IMG/VR virus record: IMGVR_UViG_3300034013_000063
Location: 1 to 25,134 of that record
DNA: 25,134 nt
Direction: 5' to 3' (one strand)
From: a virus
Taxonomy: Duplodnaviria; Caudoviricetes
In this document: positions 17,164 through 24,636 of the stretch, piece by piece
Layout of the letters: each line of letters opens with the position of its first letter
Numbering within the stretch: the stretch's first letter is position 1
Notes under the pieces: model-generated
The model's database searches: none
What the model was told of the DNA's origin: nothing
Seen by the model: the letters and a program-made list of their open reading frames with translations, nothing else
Translations under genes and position numbers: made by a program

Positions 17164-17564
17164 TAGCTCATTCGGGTTGTGGCTTCACGACGGAATTGCG
17201 TGAAATCCCCATAATACCGAGTGGTTGAAACCAGAACGGCGGTCAGCATCTTGTTGTAAATCTGAAGATCAGTGGGACTAGCGATCCCATCACCAGAGAG
17301 AAGCGTCACAGCGTAATCGTAATCGGTTAGCAGAGACTCCCACATTTGCAGCATCTCGATTGGAGCAGCGGTCCCCTTACCGGGTTCAGCGAACTCAACG
17401 GAAACGTCAGAGCTAGAAGTGCTGCGGACCACATTCCCGCTCTCCATTGAGTTAGCGGAAACAGTCAGCTTTGCCGTTAAAGCCTCAAGCAATGTCAAAG
17501 CAGCTTTGCTCGCGTAGGTCGTACGCAAGTAACTCCGCTTAGTTGCTACTGTGTATGTGAACAC
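17163..17564 (-). CDS. Head completion protein candidate (gpW position, 133 aa)
   Basis: Between terL and portal as lambda W is. Helix, beta hairpin (VRSTSSSDVSVEF), helix. GTG start. Confidence 0.55.
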   Translation of the reverse strand: MFTYTVATKRSYLRTTYASKAALTLLEALTAKLTVSANSMESGNVVRSTSSSDVSVEFAEPGKGTAAPIEMLQMWESLLTDYDYAVTLLSGDGIASPTDLQIYNKMLTAVLVSTTRYYGDFTQFRREATTRMS

Positions 17565-17571
17565 TTGGGCG

Positions 17572-17600
17572 GACTATCAACAGACCCGCAAGTTTGTCAA
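17572..17600 (-). promoter_or_regulatory. Possible promoter for head genes
   Basis: Perfect TTGACA (17600-17595) overlapping the terL TGA, with a weak -10 (GATAGT at 16 bp) shortly before the GTG at 17564. Confidence 0.35.
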
Positions 17601-19447
17601 CCACTAGAATTTTCCGAGGTACTGGAAGTTAGGTCTCCCCACAACATAACCATTGCCAACTGCATGATTTCACAGTCATGCAAATGGTCCGGCCAACGAG
17701 TGTTTCGCTTGAACCACAAGTGTTTAATCCTGCCGGAGCGGTTAGCCGTTGGCTTGAGAAGATGGCTGTCTAGATGCTTCCAGTAGGTATCAGAATCGCT
17801 CGCAAAGGCTCCCTCAGCGTCAAGCGGAGCGGGGAGACTACAAACACTCCATTGATGCGTCTCGGTCCCCTTACGGAGCCGCTGGAGTACCTCACGCATA
17901 TGCTCGGTATCGAAAACCAACAACGGTTGTACAGCGTCAGTCCGCATTGAGGTTGAGGTTGTGATTCCAAAGGGATGTATGGAGCCGGTCTTAGACGTAA
18001 ATCTAGCTCCGGTCTCGCGTCCTTTCATCGGCAACCAGCCGATTAACATTGGCTTTCGCAAACCTCCCTCGGGCGGATACCGCAGACCGCATGGATAGTT
18101 TATCGGGCTTCCACTGCTCTGCGAGAACTCCGCACAAGCATCGTAGACCGCTTGCGTGTTGTAACCGGAATCAACGCCAACATCCATGTCGTGGACGTTG
18201 TATTGGAGTTGTATCCTGCGGAGTGCGGCAAAATCATCAGCGTGACCCGCTCCAACAAGTCTAGAGTTGCCTTTGCTCCACTCGCGGCAGACCCACCAGA
18301 GAAACGGAGCGGCAGCTTGTACGTCAGCGGTTAGATAGCGTCTAGCTTCAGGGATTCCCGCATCAGAAACAATCTCGACTCGGTCCTGTTGGGTCTCCTG
18401 ATTTTCCCACGGTTCAGCCAACATCCCGTTAATAAAACCCTGCAACCCCATCATCGAGGATTTTGCTTCAAGGAACGCGACGGCAAGATTTCCCCAAGTA
18501 CATTTGCGGTCTGGAGAGTACAAAGACGACAGATGATAAGACCTTACGCTCGGGAGACTGGCTTTATTCTCCGAGATCCACTTGCCATGCCGTAACCCTG
18601 CAACCTTCTGGCTGTCAGATATCTTTCCCTGACAGAGTTGGCAGACGTAATGGGCGGTGGTACGGATGCGCTGCCAGTCGGGTCGTCCATCCTCAAGCTT
18701 CTCGTTTTCCCAAGTGACTTGTCGCCACTCCAGTTTGATATGCTCGCGGCAGTATGGGCAAGGGATGTAATACCTCCGCTGGTCTCCTCGTAGATATCGC
18801 TGCCAGATTCTCCCCTCGGAGGTTGTTGGAGTGGAGGTAAAGAAGGCTTTAGAGCTACTAAACGCTTTGAGTCGCTGCTCGGCAAGATCAAGAGCGTCAG
18901 CTTCTTTAGCGGTCGCATCAGCGAACTTGTCCACCTCATCTGCGACCAAGATCCTGACCGGACGAGACGCTAGATTTGCTGGTGAGTTGGAGCCAACAAA
19001 CGTCAGCGTACAGCGGTCGAATTGCTGCTCTAGATTAGTGATCTGGTCTTTGTCGGTTGGAAACCGCGCAATCATTGCCGGTGAGTCTTCCAACATTGGA
19101 AGCCATCGACTCTTAGAGAAAGACCGCGCTAAGTTCTCACTCGGCATAAGCCACAACGCAGGAGACGGCTCTACGTCAATGGACCAAGCGAGACCAGCCA
19201 TTAGCGTCGTTGTCTTACTGGTCTGCGATCCCCAACACAGAGTAACCTCGGAGACCGCAGGATCTTTCCAAGATTCCAACGGTTCTCGGCAATATGGTCT
19301 GACCGCTGTACTAAAAGGTCCGGGATGCTCGGTCTGCCGCTGGCTTAGAGTCAGATTGCTCTCAGCCCACTCAACAACAGATTGCCGTGGAGTCGGTCGC
19401 CATAACTGTCGTCGGAACTCTAGGATCTCTAGCTCTAGGTCTGTCAT
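17597..19447 (-). CDS. terL: Terminase large subunit, lambda GpA family (616 aa)
   Basis: VVEWAE...PGPF...PY, Walker A variant GSQTSKT, Walker B ILVADEVD, TSTPT, GDQRRYYIPCPYC...CQLC, SYHLSSLYSP, FINGMLAEPW, nuclease residues LTADVQ, VDSGY, HLHDC. Confidence 0.96.
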   Translation of the reverse strand: MTDLELEILEFRRQLWRPTPRQSVVEWAESNLTLSQRQTEHPGPFSTAVRPYCREPLESWKDPAVSEVTLCWGSQTSKTTTLMAGLAWSIDVEPSPALWLMPSENLARSFSKSRWLPMLEDSPAMIARFPTDKDQITNLEQQFDRCTLTFVGSNSPANLASRPVRILVADEVDKFADATAKEADALDLAEQRLKAFSSSKAFFTSTPTTSEGRIWQRYLRGDQRRYYIPCPYCREHIKLEWRQVTWENEKLEDGRPDWQRIRTTAHYVCQLCQGKISDSQKVAGLRHGKWISENKASLPSVRSYHLSSLYSPDRKCTWGNLAVAFLEAKSSMMGLQGFINGMLAEPWENQETQQDRVEIVSDAGIPEARRYLTADVQAAAPFLWWVCREWSKGNSRLVGAGHADDFAALRRIQLQYNVHDMDVGVDSGYNTQAVYDACAEFSQSSGSPINYPCGLRYPPEGGLRKPMLIGWLPMKGRETGARFTSKTGSIHPFGITTSTSMRTDAVQPLLVFDTEHMREVLQRLRKGTETHQWSVCSLPAPLDAEGAFASDSDTYWKHLDSHLLKPTANRSGRIKHLWFKRNTRWPDHLHDCEIMQLAMVMLWGDLTSSTSENSSG

Positions 19448-19929
19448 TAGAATAGTTGGTTCATCTTATATTGCATAGCGGTCGCCATATTGATTAACGC
19501 CATGCGATCTTTTATTCCGTTAACCAGACGGTCCTCAACCTTATGGTTTGCCGCCCAAGACGCATTGCGGTTGAAGATCTCAACCATCATAACAATGTTG
19601 TCATCCAGCAGATGCAACACTCCAAAGAACGGGAGCTTTGTTCGTCTGGTGACTTCCAGAGCCGCTTGGATCTTAGACCAAGAGATCATCCATTCATTTC
19701 CGAATGTGGTCTGTAGCTTGTGCAATCCATAGCTACGAGTTTTGACCTCATAGATTCCGGTTATGATCCCTTTGAACGGATCGAAAATAAATCCATCAAT
19801 GCGGGAAGGCTCTTGGTCTGATATCGACAGGAACTCTAAGCCGGTCTGACGCTCAATAGCTTTGATCGCGATTCTGTTTTGCCGCAGCGATTCAATACCG
19901 GCTGGCTTCTGGCAGTTTAAGATTTCCAC
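19447..19929 (-). CDS. PD-(D/E)XK-fold nuclease-like protein (160 aa)
   Basis: SRIDGFIF...GIYEVKTR...MISWSK motif. GTG start at 19929 overlaps the terS end; the stop is coupled to the terL ATG. Confidence 0.7.
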   Translation of the reverse strand: MEILNCQKPAGIESLRQNRIAIKAIERQTGLEFLSISDQEPSRIDGFIFDPFKGIITGIYEVKTRSYGLHKLQTTFGNEWMISWSKIQAALEVTRRTKLPFFGVLHLLDDNIVMMVEIFNRNASWAANHKVEDRLVNGIKDRMALINMATAMQYKMNQLF

Positions 19930-20555
19930 GGGTCCGTTTGATGCAGAGTTTTGAGACATACTTCTTGGACCCATCGCTCCAACTCGCGCTCGGCGTGTTC
20001 AGGATCGTGCGGAGCAATGCGACCGGATAGCTGTTTGGGCATCGACTTAAGGAGTTGAGACACTGCTCCATCGTGTTCCTGCATTGCCTTCTTAACCCAA
20101 GCACCGGATACCAGCGTTCGCTCCTTCTCGGACTGAGCCAGTACGTCATCGCGGGAAGAGATAAGATTCTTCGCTGCGGTAGCGTGTACCGAGACCATTC
20201 TGCCAGCATCGAGGGACCGAGACTGCAAAGCTTCAACCGCTAGATCATAAGCGGCTCGCTCGATTTTCTTTTGCCGCTCATACGCTCCCTGCGGGGAGTC
20301 TTCTGTCGCAAGAGCAGCGTTGATAGCGGCAGATGCTTCGGGAGGTCTGTACGGTCCCCCTGCGACTTCTGGTGTAGGTTGCTGCTGTATCGCAGTCATT
20401 CGCTGAAGCGTTGATGGTCTACCGCCAATTCCTTTGCGCGATCCTCTCCAAGCGTCAGCTTCTTCTGGGGAGGTCAACGGCATCCCTGCTGCGGTAAGTT
20501 GCGAGACTCTTCCTTTAGTTAAGCCACTGTGTTTAACGTACTCGGTTTGAGTCAT
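19917..20555 (-). CDS. terS: Terminase small subunit (Nu1-like, 212 aa)
   Basis: N-terminal winged HTH MTQTEYVKHSGLTKGRVSQLTAAGMP, coiled coil, then ERTLVS...LLKSMPKQLS as in Nu1-type TerS. Confidence 0.82.
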   Translation of the reverse strand: MTQTEYVKHSGLTKGRVSQLTAAGMPLTSPEEADAWRGSRKGIGGRPSTLQRMTAIQQQPTPEVAGGPYRPPEASAAINAALATEDSPQGAYERQKKIERAAYDLAVEALQSRSLDAGRMVSVHATAAKNLISSRDDVLAQSEKERTLVSGAWVKKAMQEHDGAVSQLLKSMPKQLSGRIAPHDPEHAERELERWVQEVCLKTLHQTDPWKS

Positions 20556-20764
20556 CGCAGTTGGATCGGCAAGTTCTCGGGCTTCATTTTGACAAGCTCC
20601 TCAAGACCTCGGGTAACGGTTTTGTAAACCGATTTCTTGGGATCGGGAGCGTAGAACATTGCAACTTGATCAATGGTGAATGATCCGCTTTTGATTCGGT
20701 CCAAATGCCACTTGAGCGTTGAGTGTCCAATGTTGAGGAGTAGGTAGTCTGTGGATAGTGACAT
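20552..20764 (-). CDS. Hypothetical protein (70 aa)
   Basis: ATGA-coupled to terS with an A/C-rich leader. No motif recognised. Confidence 0.6.
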   Translation of the reverse strand: MSLSTDYLLLNIGHSTLKWHLDRIKSGSFTIDQVAMFYAPDPKKSVYKTVTRGLEELVKMKPENLPIQLR

Positions 20765-20797
20765 ATGGTTTGTACTACAATAGCAAGTTCGCTCGCG

Positions 20798-20850
20798 CCA
20801 GATGATCGGTCCCGCGCGATCACCTGCGTATTAGACATACTTGGGAGCCT
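20798..20850 (-). other. Candidate cos-like packaging site
   Basis: Non-coding, upstream of terS. The minus strand reads GGCTCCC...TACG-CAGGTGATCG-CGCGGG, resembling lambda cosQ GGGTCCT and cosN TACG-GGGCGGCGACCT-CGCGGG. Confidence 0.4.
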
Positions 20851-20880
20851 CCTAACATTATTGCATTAGGTAGGCAAAGC

Positions 20881-20922
20881 GTTATACTTAGTAGCATAAA
20901 ACAATCTGTTATACTGTAGCAA
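20881..20922 (-). promoter_or_regulatory. Candidate late promoter with direct repeats
   Basis: TTGCTA (20922-20917), 18 bp, TATGCT (20898-20893). Direct repeats GTTATACTTAGTAGCA (20881-20896) and GTTATACTGTAGCA (20908-20921). Confidence 0.45.
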
Positions 20923-20923
20923 A

Positions 20924-21364
20924 TCACTGTTTGGATTTGGTCTTGCTCTTAGCGTTAGTGATATGTTCTTGTACTGTAGCTTTACTAGGGATACTTACAA
21001 TCGTATGACCTAATGATTTCATCTTACGTTGTAGTACAATGTTCTCGCCGTGATGAAGGATGGCACTTACTCTATTCATACCGCAGCCCATTAGCTTACC
21101 GATCTCACGGTATGTCATGCCTTTAACTCTGTTGTGATAGGCTCTCTCGCAGTCGTAGGTATCAATCCACTTAGCAGTCTCTTCTTCCTCGGTTATAGTC
21201 TCAAGCTTGTCGGGATACTTCATCCAGCCTTTAGCAATAGCATTAAGCACAAGTGATGGTGCTTGATTTAAAAGGGATAGTTTCCTCTGTGATTCAAGCA
21301 GATCATCCTTAGAGATCTCACCGTCTTGGACTTGACGGGTAAGGTATTTCTGTACGCCTCCCAT
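20924..21364 (-). CDS. HTH transcription regulator, sigma70 region-4-like (146 aa); late-gene regulator position
   Basis: RVKGMTYREIGKLMGCGMNRVSAIL HTH. Start reassigned to ATG 21364, 1 nt after the upstream stop. Confidence 0.7.
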   Translation of the reverse strand: MGGVQKYLTRQVQDGEISKDDLLESQRKLSLLNQAPSLVLNAIAKGWMKYPDKLETITEEEETAKWIDTYDCERAYHNRVKGMTYREIGKLMGCGMNRVSAILHHGENIVLQRKMKSLGHTIVSIPSKATVQEHITNAKSKTKSKQ

Positions 21365-21365
21365 A

Positions 21366-21581
21366 TTACTGTTGGCTCTTTCCTTGTATTGCTTCGATCT
21401 GGTTGAGCAGATCAACGATGGAGTTATTGGATTGGATAAGCTCCATCTCCAGCTTACGAGCCAATGCAAATACAACTGTTAGTGTTAGTATCGGGTAGTG
21501 CTTCCTAAGCTTCTCGATTTCAGCGTCACAACGTGGAGTTGCTGACTTAGTATCTTCAAAGAACTCTGCTGGTGTTGTCAT
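21366..21581 (-). CDS. Hypothetical coiled-coil protein (71 aa)
   Basis: SATPRCDA...FALARKLEMEL. ATG 21581 shares the AACACCATG context of ssb. Confidence 0.6.
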   Translation of the reverse strand: MTTPAEFFEDTKSATPRCDAEIEKLRKHYPILTLTVVFALARKLEMELIQSNNSIVDLLNQIEAIQGKSQQ

Positions 21582-21604
21582 GGTGTTAAATGGTTTGTTG
21601 TATA

Positions 21605-21892
21605 TCAAAAGGGAATGTCATCTTCAGGTCCAAGAGGATCGGTAGCGGATACCTTCTTGGTTGCTTGCTTGGGCTCACGGTTCTCGGTCTGTACATAGTT
21701 ACCGAGGATTGGACCTTTGTGTCCATCTTGTCGGGCTTGCTTAGACACTGACTGAACAATCATCCCATCGTTACCGTACTGGTCACGGCCAGCCTTATTG
21801 GTAATGAGAGCAATGTCCAAATACGTTCCTGCCTTCCCTTTGAATAGATGGGTCTTGTCTACCTTAGTAACGTCAATCTTTCCGGTTATCAT
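21605..21892 (-). CDS. ssb: Phage single-stranded DNA-binding protein (95 aa)
   Basis: Short beta-rich core (KIDVTKVDK...GKAGTYLDI...DQYGNDG...PILGN) with the acidic C-terminal tip EDDIPF. Follows dnaB. Confidence 0.75.
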   Translation of the reverse strand: MITGKIDVTKVDKTHLFKGKAGTYLDIALITNKAGRDQYGNDGMIVQSVSKQARQDGHKGPILGNYVQTENREPKQATKKVSATDPLGPEDDIPF

Positions 21893-21922
21893 GGTGTTTA
21901 TGTTGGACTTAGGTCCGCTGAG

Positions 21923-21965
21923 AGACTGACAGACTTGTTTAGGGCAGTCAACCTGTCGTTGGGTT
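21923..21965 (-). promoter_or_regulatory. Putative ssb promoter with a second operator copy
   Basis: TTGACT (21951-21946), 17 bp, CAGTCT. AACCCAACGACAGGTT (21965-21950) matches the 1788-1803 palindrome at 13 of 16 positions. Confidence 0.5.
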
Positions 21966-21973
21966 TTTTAAAC

Positions 21974-23269
21974 TTAGGTATCCATACCGCACTCAGAGAA
22001 CCGACAGAAGCGTCCATCGTACCAGAGCTTTACGGCTCCACATTCACCGTCGCGCTGCTTGGCAATGGCGACCATAGCTTCTCCCTGCGGTTGGTTGCGA
22101 TCTCGATTGAGGAGCATCACCAGATCCCCATCGCGCTCCACCTGTCCTGACTCCCCTATGTCCGAAAGACGAGGTGAGCGACCCTTATCTTTCTCGTTTT
22201 CCCTGTTGAGTTGCGCTAGAGCGACGATGGCGGTCTTAGTATCAACCGCAATGCTTTTGAGCTTACCGCTGACTTCGCCTATCTCGTAGGTTTTCTTCTC
22301 GGCTCCTTTGCTGCCGTGGATCTTCTGAATGTAGTCGATCAAAACTAACCGCACTCCCCACTTGCGGACTGCTCTGCGGATCACTGCTGTGATGGACGAT
22401 ATGTTGGTCACCGAGGAGCCAGAGGCAAAGTGTAATGGACTGGCTGCGATCTTAGCTGATGCGGTGCTCATAGCTTTAATACCTCCCTGATCCATCTCGC
22501 CGGTCTTAATATCTTGCATTGGAATAGACCCAACAGTTGAAACCATTCTTCTAATAATAGCTTCATCAGACATTTCTAGTGATATGAATAAGGTTGGGAC
22601 TTGGTCTTCTATCGTTGCTGCTTTAGCGATAGCAATCGCCATAGCGGTCTTTCCAATGGATGGTCGTGCTGCTATAATAGCGAGTTCTCCAAGTTGCAAT
22701 CCATCGGTCATTTGGTTGAGTCGAAAGAAGCCGGTATTGATCCCGCTCAACTGTCCTCGTCGGTTGAACCGCTCTTGCGTCGAGTCGATAAATCGGCTGA
22801 CAACGGACTTGCTCGATTGAAGATCGTCTTTGGATGCCTCAACGCTGAGTCCCTGCTCGGCATTAGCGACGATTTGATCCACAGTCAGGGTCACCACAGC
22901 GGAATCGCGAATCAAGCGGTCTCCGGCAAAACGTAACTGGCGACGGTGATGGGCTTCTAGAACGCTCTTGGCGAACATCGGGTAACCGGATGGTGATGGG
23001 CAAAGTTCATCGCAGCGGTTCCAAGCTTCAAATGGTACTGGTGAACTTGTTATGGTTCGTTTCCATTCCTTCATTAACTCCGGCAATGTCACTCGCTTGT
23101 TTTGAGTGATGAGGCTTTTTATGGTTTCGTAAGTTAAAGCCAGTTGTTCGTTTTGAATTGCTGCTGTTGGAACTTCAGCGAATGCGTCAAAGCAAATGTC
23201 AGAGCCTCCAGCGATACACGCTCCAATAAGACCAAACTCATCGTCTTCAGCAAAAAAGGGATCGCTCAT
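21974..23269 (-). CDS. dnaB: Replicative DNA helicase, DnaB family (431 aa)
   Basis: GINTGF..LNQMTDGLQ, IIAARPSIGKT, FISLEMS, LVLIDYIQ, ALAQLNR, PRLSDIGESGQVERDGDLV, IAKQRDG. Confidence 0.96.
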   Translation of the reverse strand: MSDPFFAEDDEFGLIGACIAGGSDICFDAFAEVPTAAIQNEQLALTYETIKSLITQNKRVTLPELMKEWKRTITSSPVPFEAWNRCDELCPSPSGYPMFAKSVLEAHHRRQLRFAGDRLIRDSAVVTLTVDQIVANAEQGLSVEASKDDLQSSKSVVSRFIDSTQERFNRRGQLSGINTGFFRLNQMTDGLQLGELAIIAARPSIGKTAMAIAIAKAATIEDQVPTLFISLEMSDEAIIRRMVSTVGSIPMQDIKTGEMDQGGIKAMSTASAKIAASPLHFASGSSVTNISSITAVIRRAVRKWGVRLVLIDYIQKIHGSKGAEKKTYEIGEVSGKLKSIAVDTKTAIVALAQLNRENEKDKGRSPRLSDIGESGQVERDGDLVMLLNRDRNQPQGEAMVAIAKQRDGECGAVKLWYDGRFCRFSECGMDT

Positions 23270-24048
23270 AAGTAGTCAGCAATGTTTTCTGAGAGAACGG
23301 TCTTCGGTTGACCGGATATTGATAAGTTTTGCTGCAAGTCTTTCTTCGGGAAGATTCCCTTCCATCCACTAGCGATTGAGTTCTCGACGACAGTCGGGAA
23401 TTCAGCAGCGGTAAACTCTCGGGACCACTTGGTTAGTGCTGCTGTAAGTCCGGTCTTCTTGTAGCCTTCCCGCTTCTCGGCTTTGTACTGAAGCCAGAGC
23501 TTAACGGCTTGGAGACAGCTATCGGTTCGCAAGCTCTCCGGTAGCTCAACTCCGAAGGAAACCTCCCATGGCGACTTAGGAGCCGCTGTATCTTTCTTAT
23601 TAGGAGTAGGAGAAGGAGAGCTATCACTTCGCCATGCATTCGCCATTGGGGTTGCCATTGGGGTTGCTATAGCGACCCCATTAGGGTTGCCATCACATTT
23701 GGGCTTATCCCATCGCTTTTGCGCTCCAGTCTTGCCGGATGCGGCTTGTTTTAGCTTGTAGTCCGCTTGTTCTTGTCGGATCTGCTCTAGTCGGACGTTC
23801 TTCAACGTATCGCCATCGCATAGCGTGAACTTAGCGAGAACATAGCGAATCGATGGCGACCCCATTAGTCCCGCTATGCGAGCGGACCTATCTTCGTCTG
23901 ATGGGATTCCGCCTTTAGACCACTGATGGCAGAGCAGTCTGATGTATCCACCAACCTCTTCCGCGCTCATGTCCGCTGTTCCAGCTAAAAAATCGTCAGC
24001 GTAAAACTGAAACGCTGGAGCCTTACGGGTTTTCTTGTCTTCGTTCAT
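23266..24048 (-). CDS. Phage replication initiator, YdaU/DUF1376-like (260 aa)
   Basis: APAFQFYADDFLAGTADMSAEEVGGYIRLLCHQW N-terminus, G..GA.KRW, low-complexity linker, C-terminal WLQYK...SIASGWKGIF. ATGA-coupled to dnaB. Start at ATG 24048. Confidence 0.85.
   Translation of the reverse strand: MNEDKKTRKAPAFQFYADDFLAGTADMSAEEVGGYIRLLCHQWSKGGIPSDEDRSARIAGLMGSPSIRYVLAKFTLCDGDTLKNVRLEQIRQEQADYKLKQAASGKTGAQKRWDKPKCDGNPNGVAIATPMATPMANAWRSDSSPSPTPNKKDTAAPKSPWEVSFGVELPESLRTDSCLQAVKLWLQYKAEKREGYKKTGLTAALTKWSREFTAAEFPTVVENSIASGWKGIFPKKDLQQNLSISGQPKTVLSENIADYL
23643..23693. repeat. Iteron-like repeats; candidate replication origin inside the initiator gene
   Basis: CCATTGGGGTTG at 23643-23654 and 23655-23666, CCATTAGGGTTG at 23678-23689, and the near-palindrome GGGGTTGCTATAGCGACCCC at 23660-23679. 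Confidence 0.6.
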
Positions 24049-24051
24049 GTA

Positions 24052-24190
24052 ACAAATAGAAACCCCACTCAGCCCGTGGTGAGAACTCGCATACAAGCAA
24101 TGCGACGTACACGGAAAGAGTGGGGAGAAATTGGTTGAACATGGCTTGTAGTTTGAATCATCGCTTGCTTCTCACGGCTTGCGCTGACTG
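24052..24190 (-). ncRNA. Structured leader RNA, C4-antisense-like (two structures with complementary loops)
   Basis: Nested stems CCCCACTC/GAGTGGGG, CCGTG/CACGG and TCGCAT/ATGCGA. The upstream hairpin loop GUGAGAA is complementary to unpaired UUCUCAC in the second structure, and a U-rich tail follows the outer stem. Confidence 0.6.
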
Positions 24191-24197
24191 CTTACTT

Positions 24198-24380
24198 CTA
24201 AGTCTGGATCGGCGGTTCGTCCAGCACAAACTTGTCAAAAAACTCAGCCTTCGGTCTGACAAAGTAATGCTCCCCTCGTTGATAAATCACGCAGAGCCTC
24301 TTGGTCTCACCGATCCTTAGTTGTGCTTCGGCAACAAACTCAACCTCAACGGTTGGCTTAGTCTTTGACAGGTATTTCAT
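24198..24380 (-). CDS. DUF1653-like small protein (60 aa)
   Basis: ETKRLCVIYQ...YFVRPKAEFFDKF resembles the DUF1653 VVY...VRP...F...F pattern. Confidence 0.65.
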   Translation of the reverse strand: MKYLSKTKPTVEVEFVAEAQLRIGETKRLCVIYQRGEHYFVRPKAEFFDKFVLDEPPIQT

Positions 24381-24636
24381 CTATTGGCTTGTAGTGTGGT
24401 GTTGGGTAGTTGCCGCGAGTTTTAGTATCAATGCGAAACTTTTTGGTTTCCATCAATCCGAGTTTCACTGACTTGTTCAGTACGAGTCCAGCAGCGTTAG
24501 GGGACAGCTTCCAAAGATCAGACCATTGGTTAGCTGTCAACCATCCCTCTGGGACGCTCTCTGCTTGATGTTGGATTGCTGCCCTCAGCCGCTTTAAAAG
24601 TTCGGCAGATGCCAGTTCTGTTCGTTCTGAGGCCAT
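24358..24636 (-). CDS. Hypothetical, winged-HTH-like protein (92 aa)
   Basis: VPEGWLTANQWSDLWKLSPNAAGLVLNKSVKLGLMETKKFRI. Start reassigned to ATG 24636 (uncertain). Confidence 0.55.
   Translation of the reverse strand: MASERTELASAELLKRLRAAIQHQAESVPEGWLTANQWSDLWKLSPNAAGLVLNKSVKLGLMETKKFRIDTKTRGNYPTPHYKPIDEIPVKD

Noticed and set aside
854-22936. Other plus-strand ORFs in the track (e.g. 10300..10833, 16219..16815, 18831..19478)
   Set aside because: All lie opposite well-supported minus-strand genes and have no recognisable motifs.
17597-23269. Inteins or introns in terL or dnaB
   Set aside because: Both have normal lengths, continuous motifs and no intein splice-junction signatures.
24063-24125. 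tRNA gene
   Set aside because: The stems are nested in a rod, not a cloverleaf. No TTC-type T-loop or CCA in the proper position.
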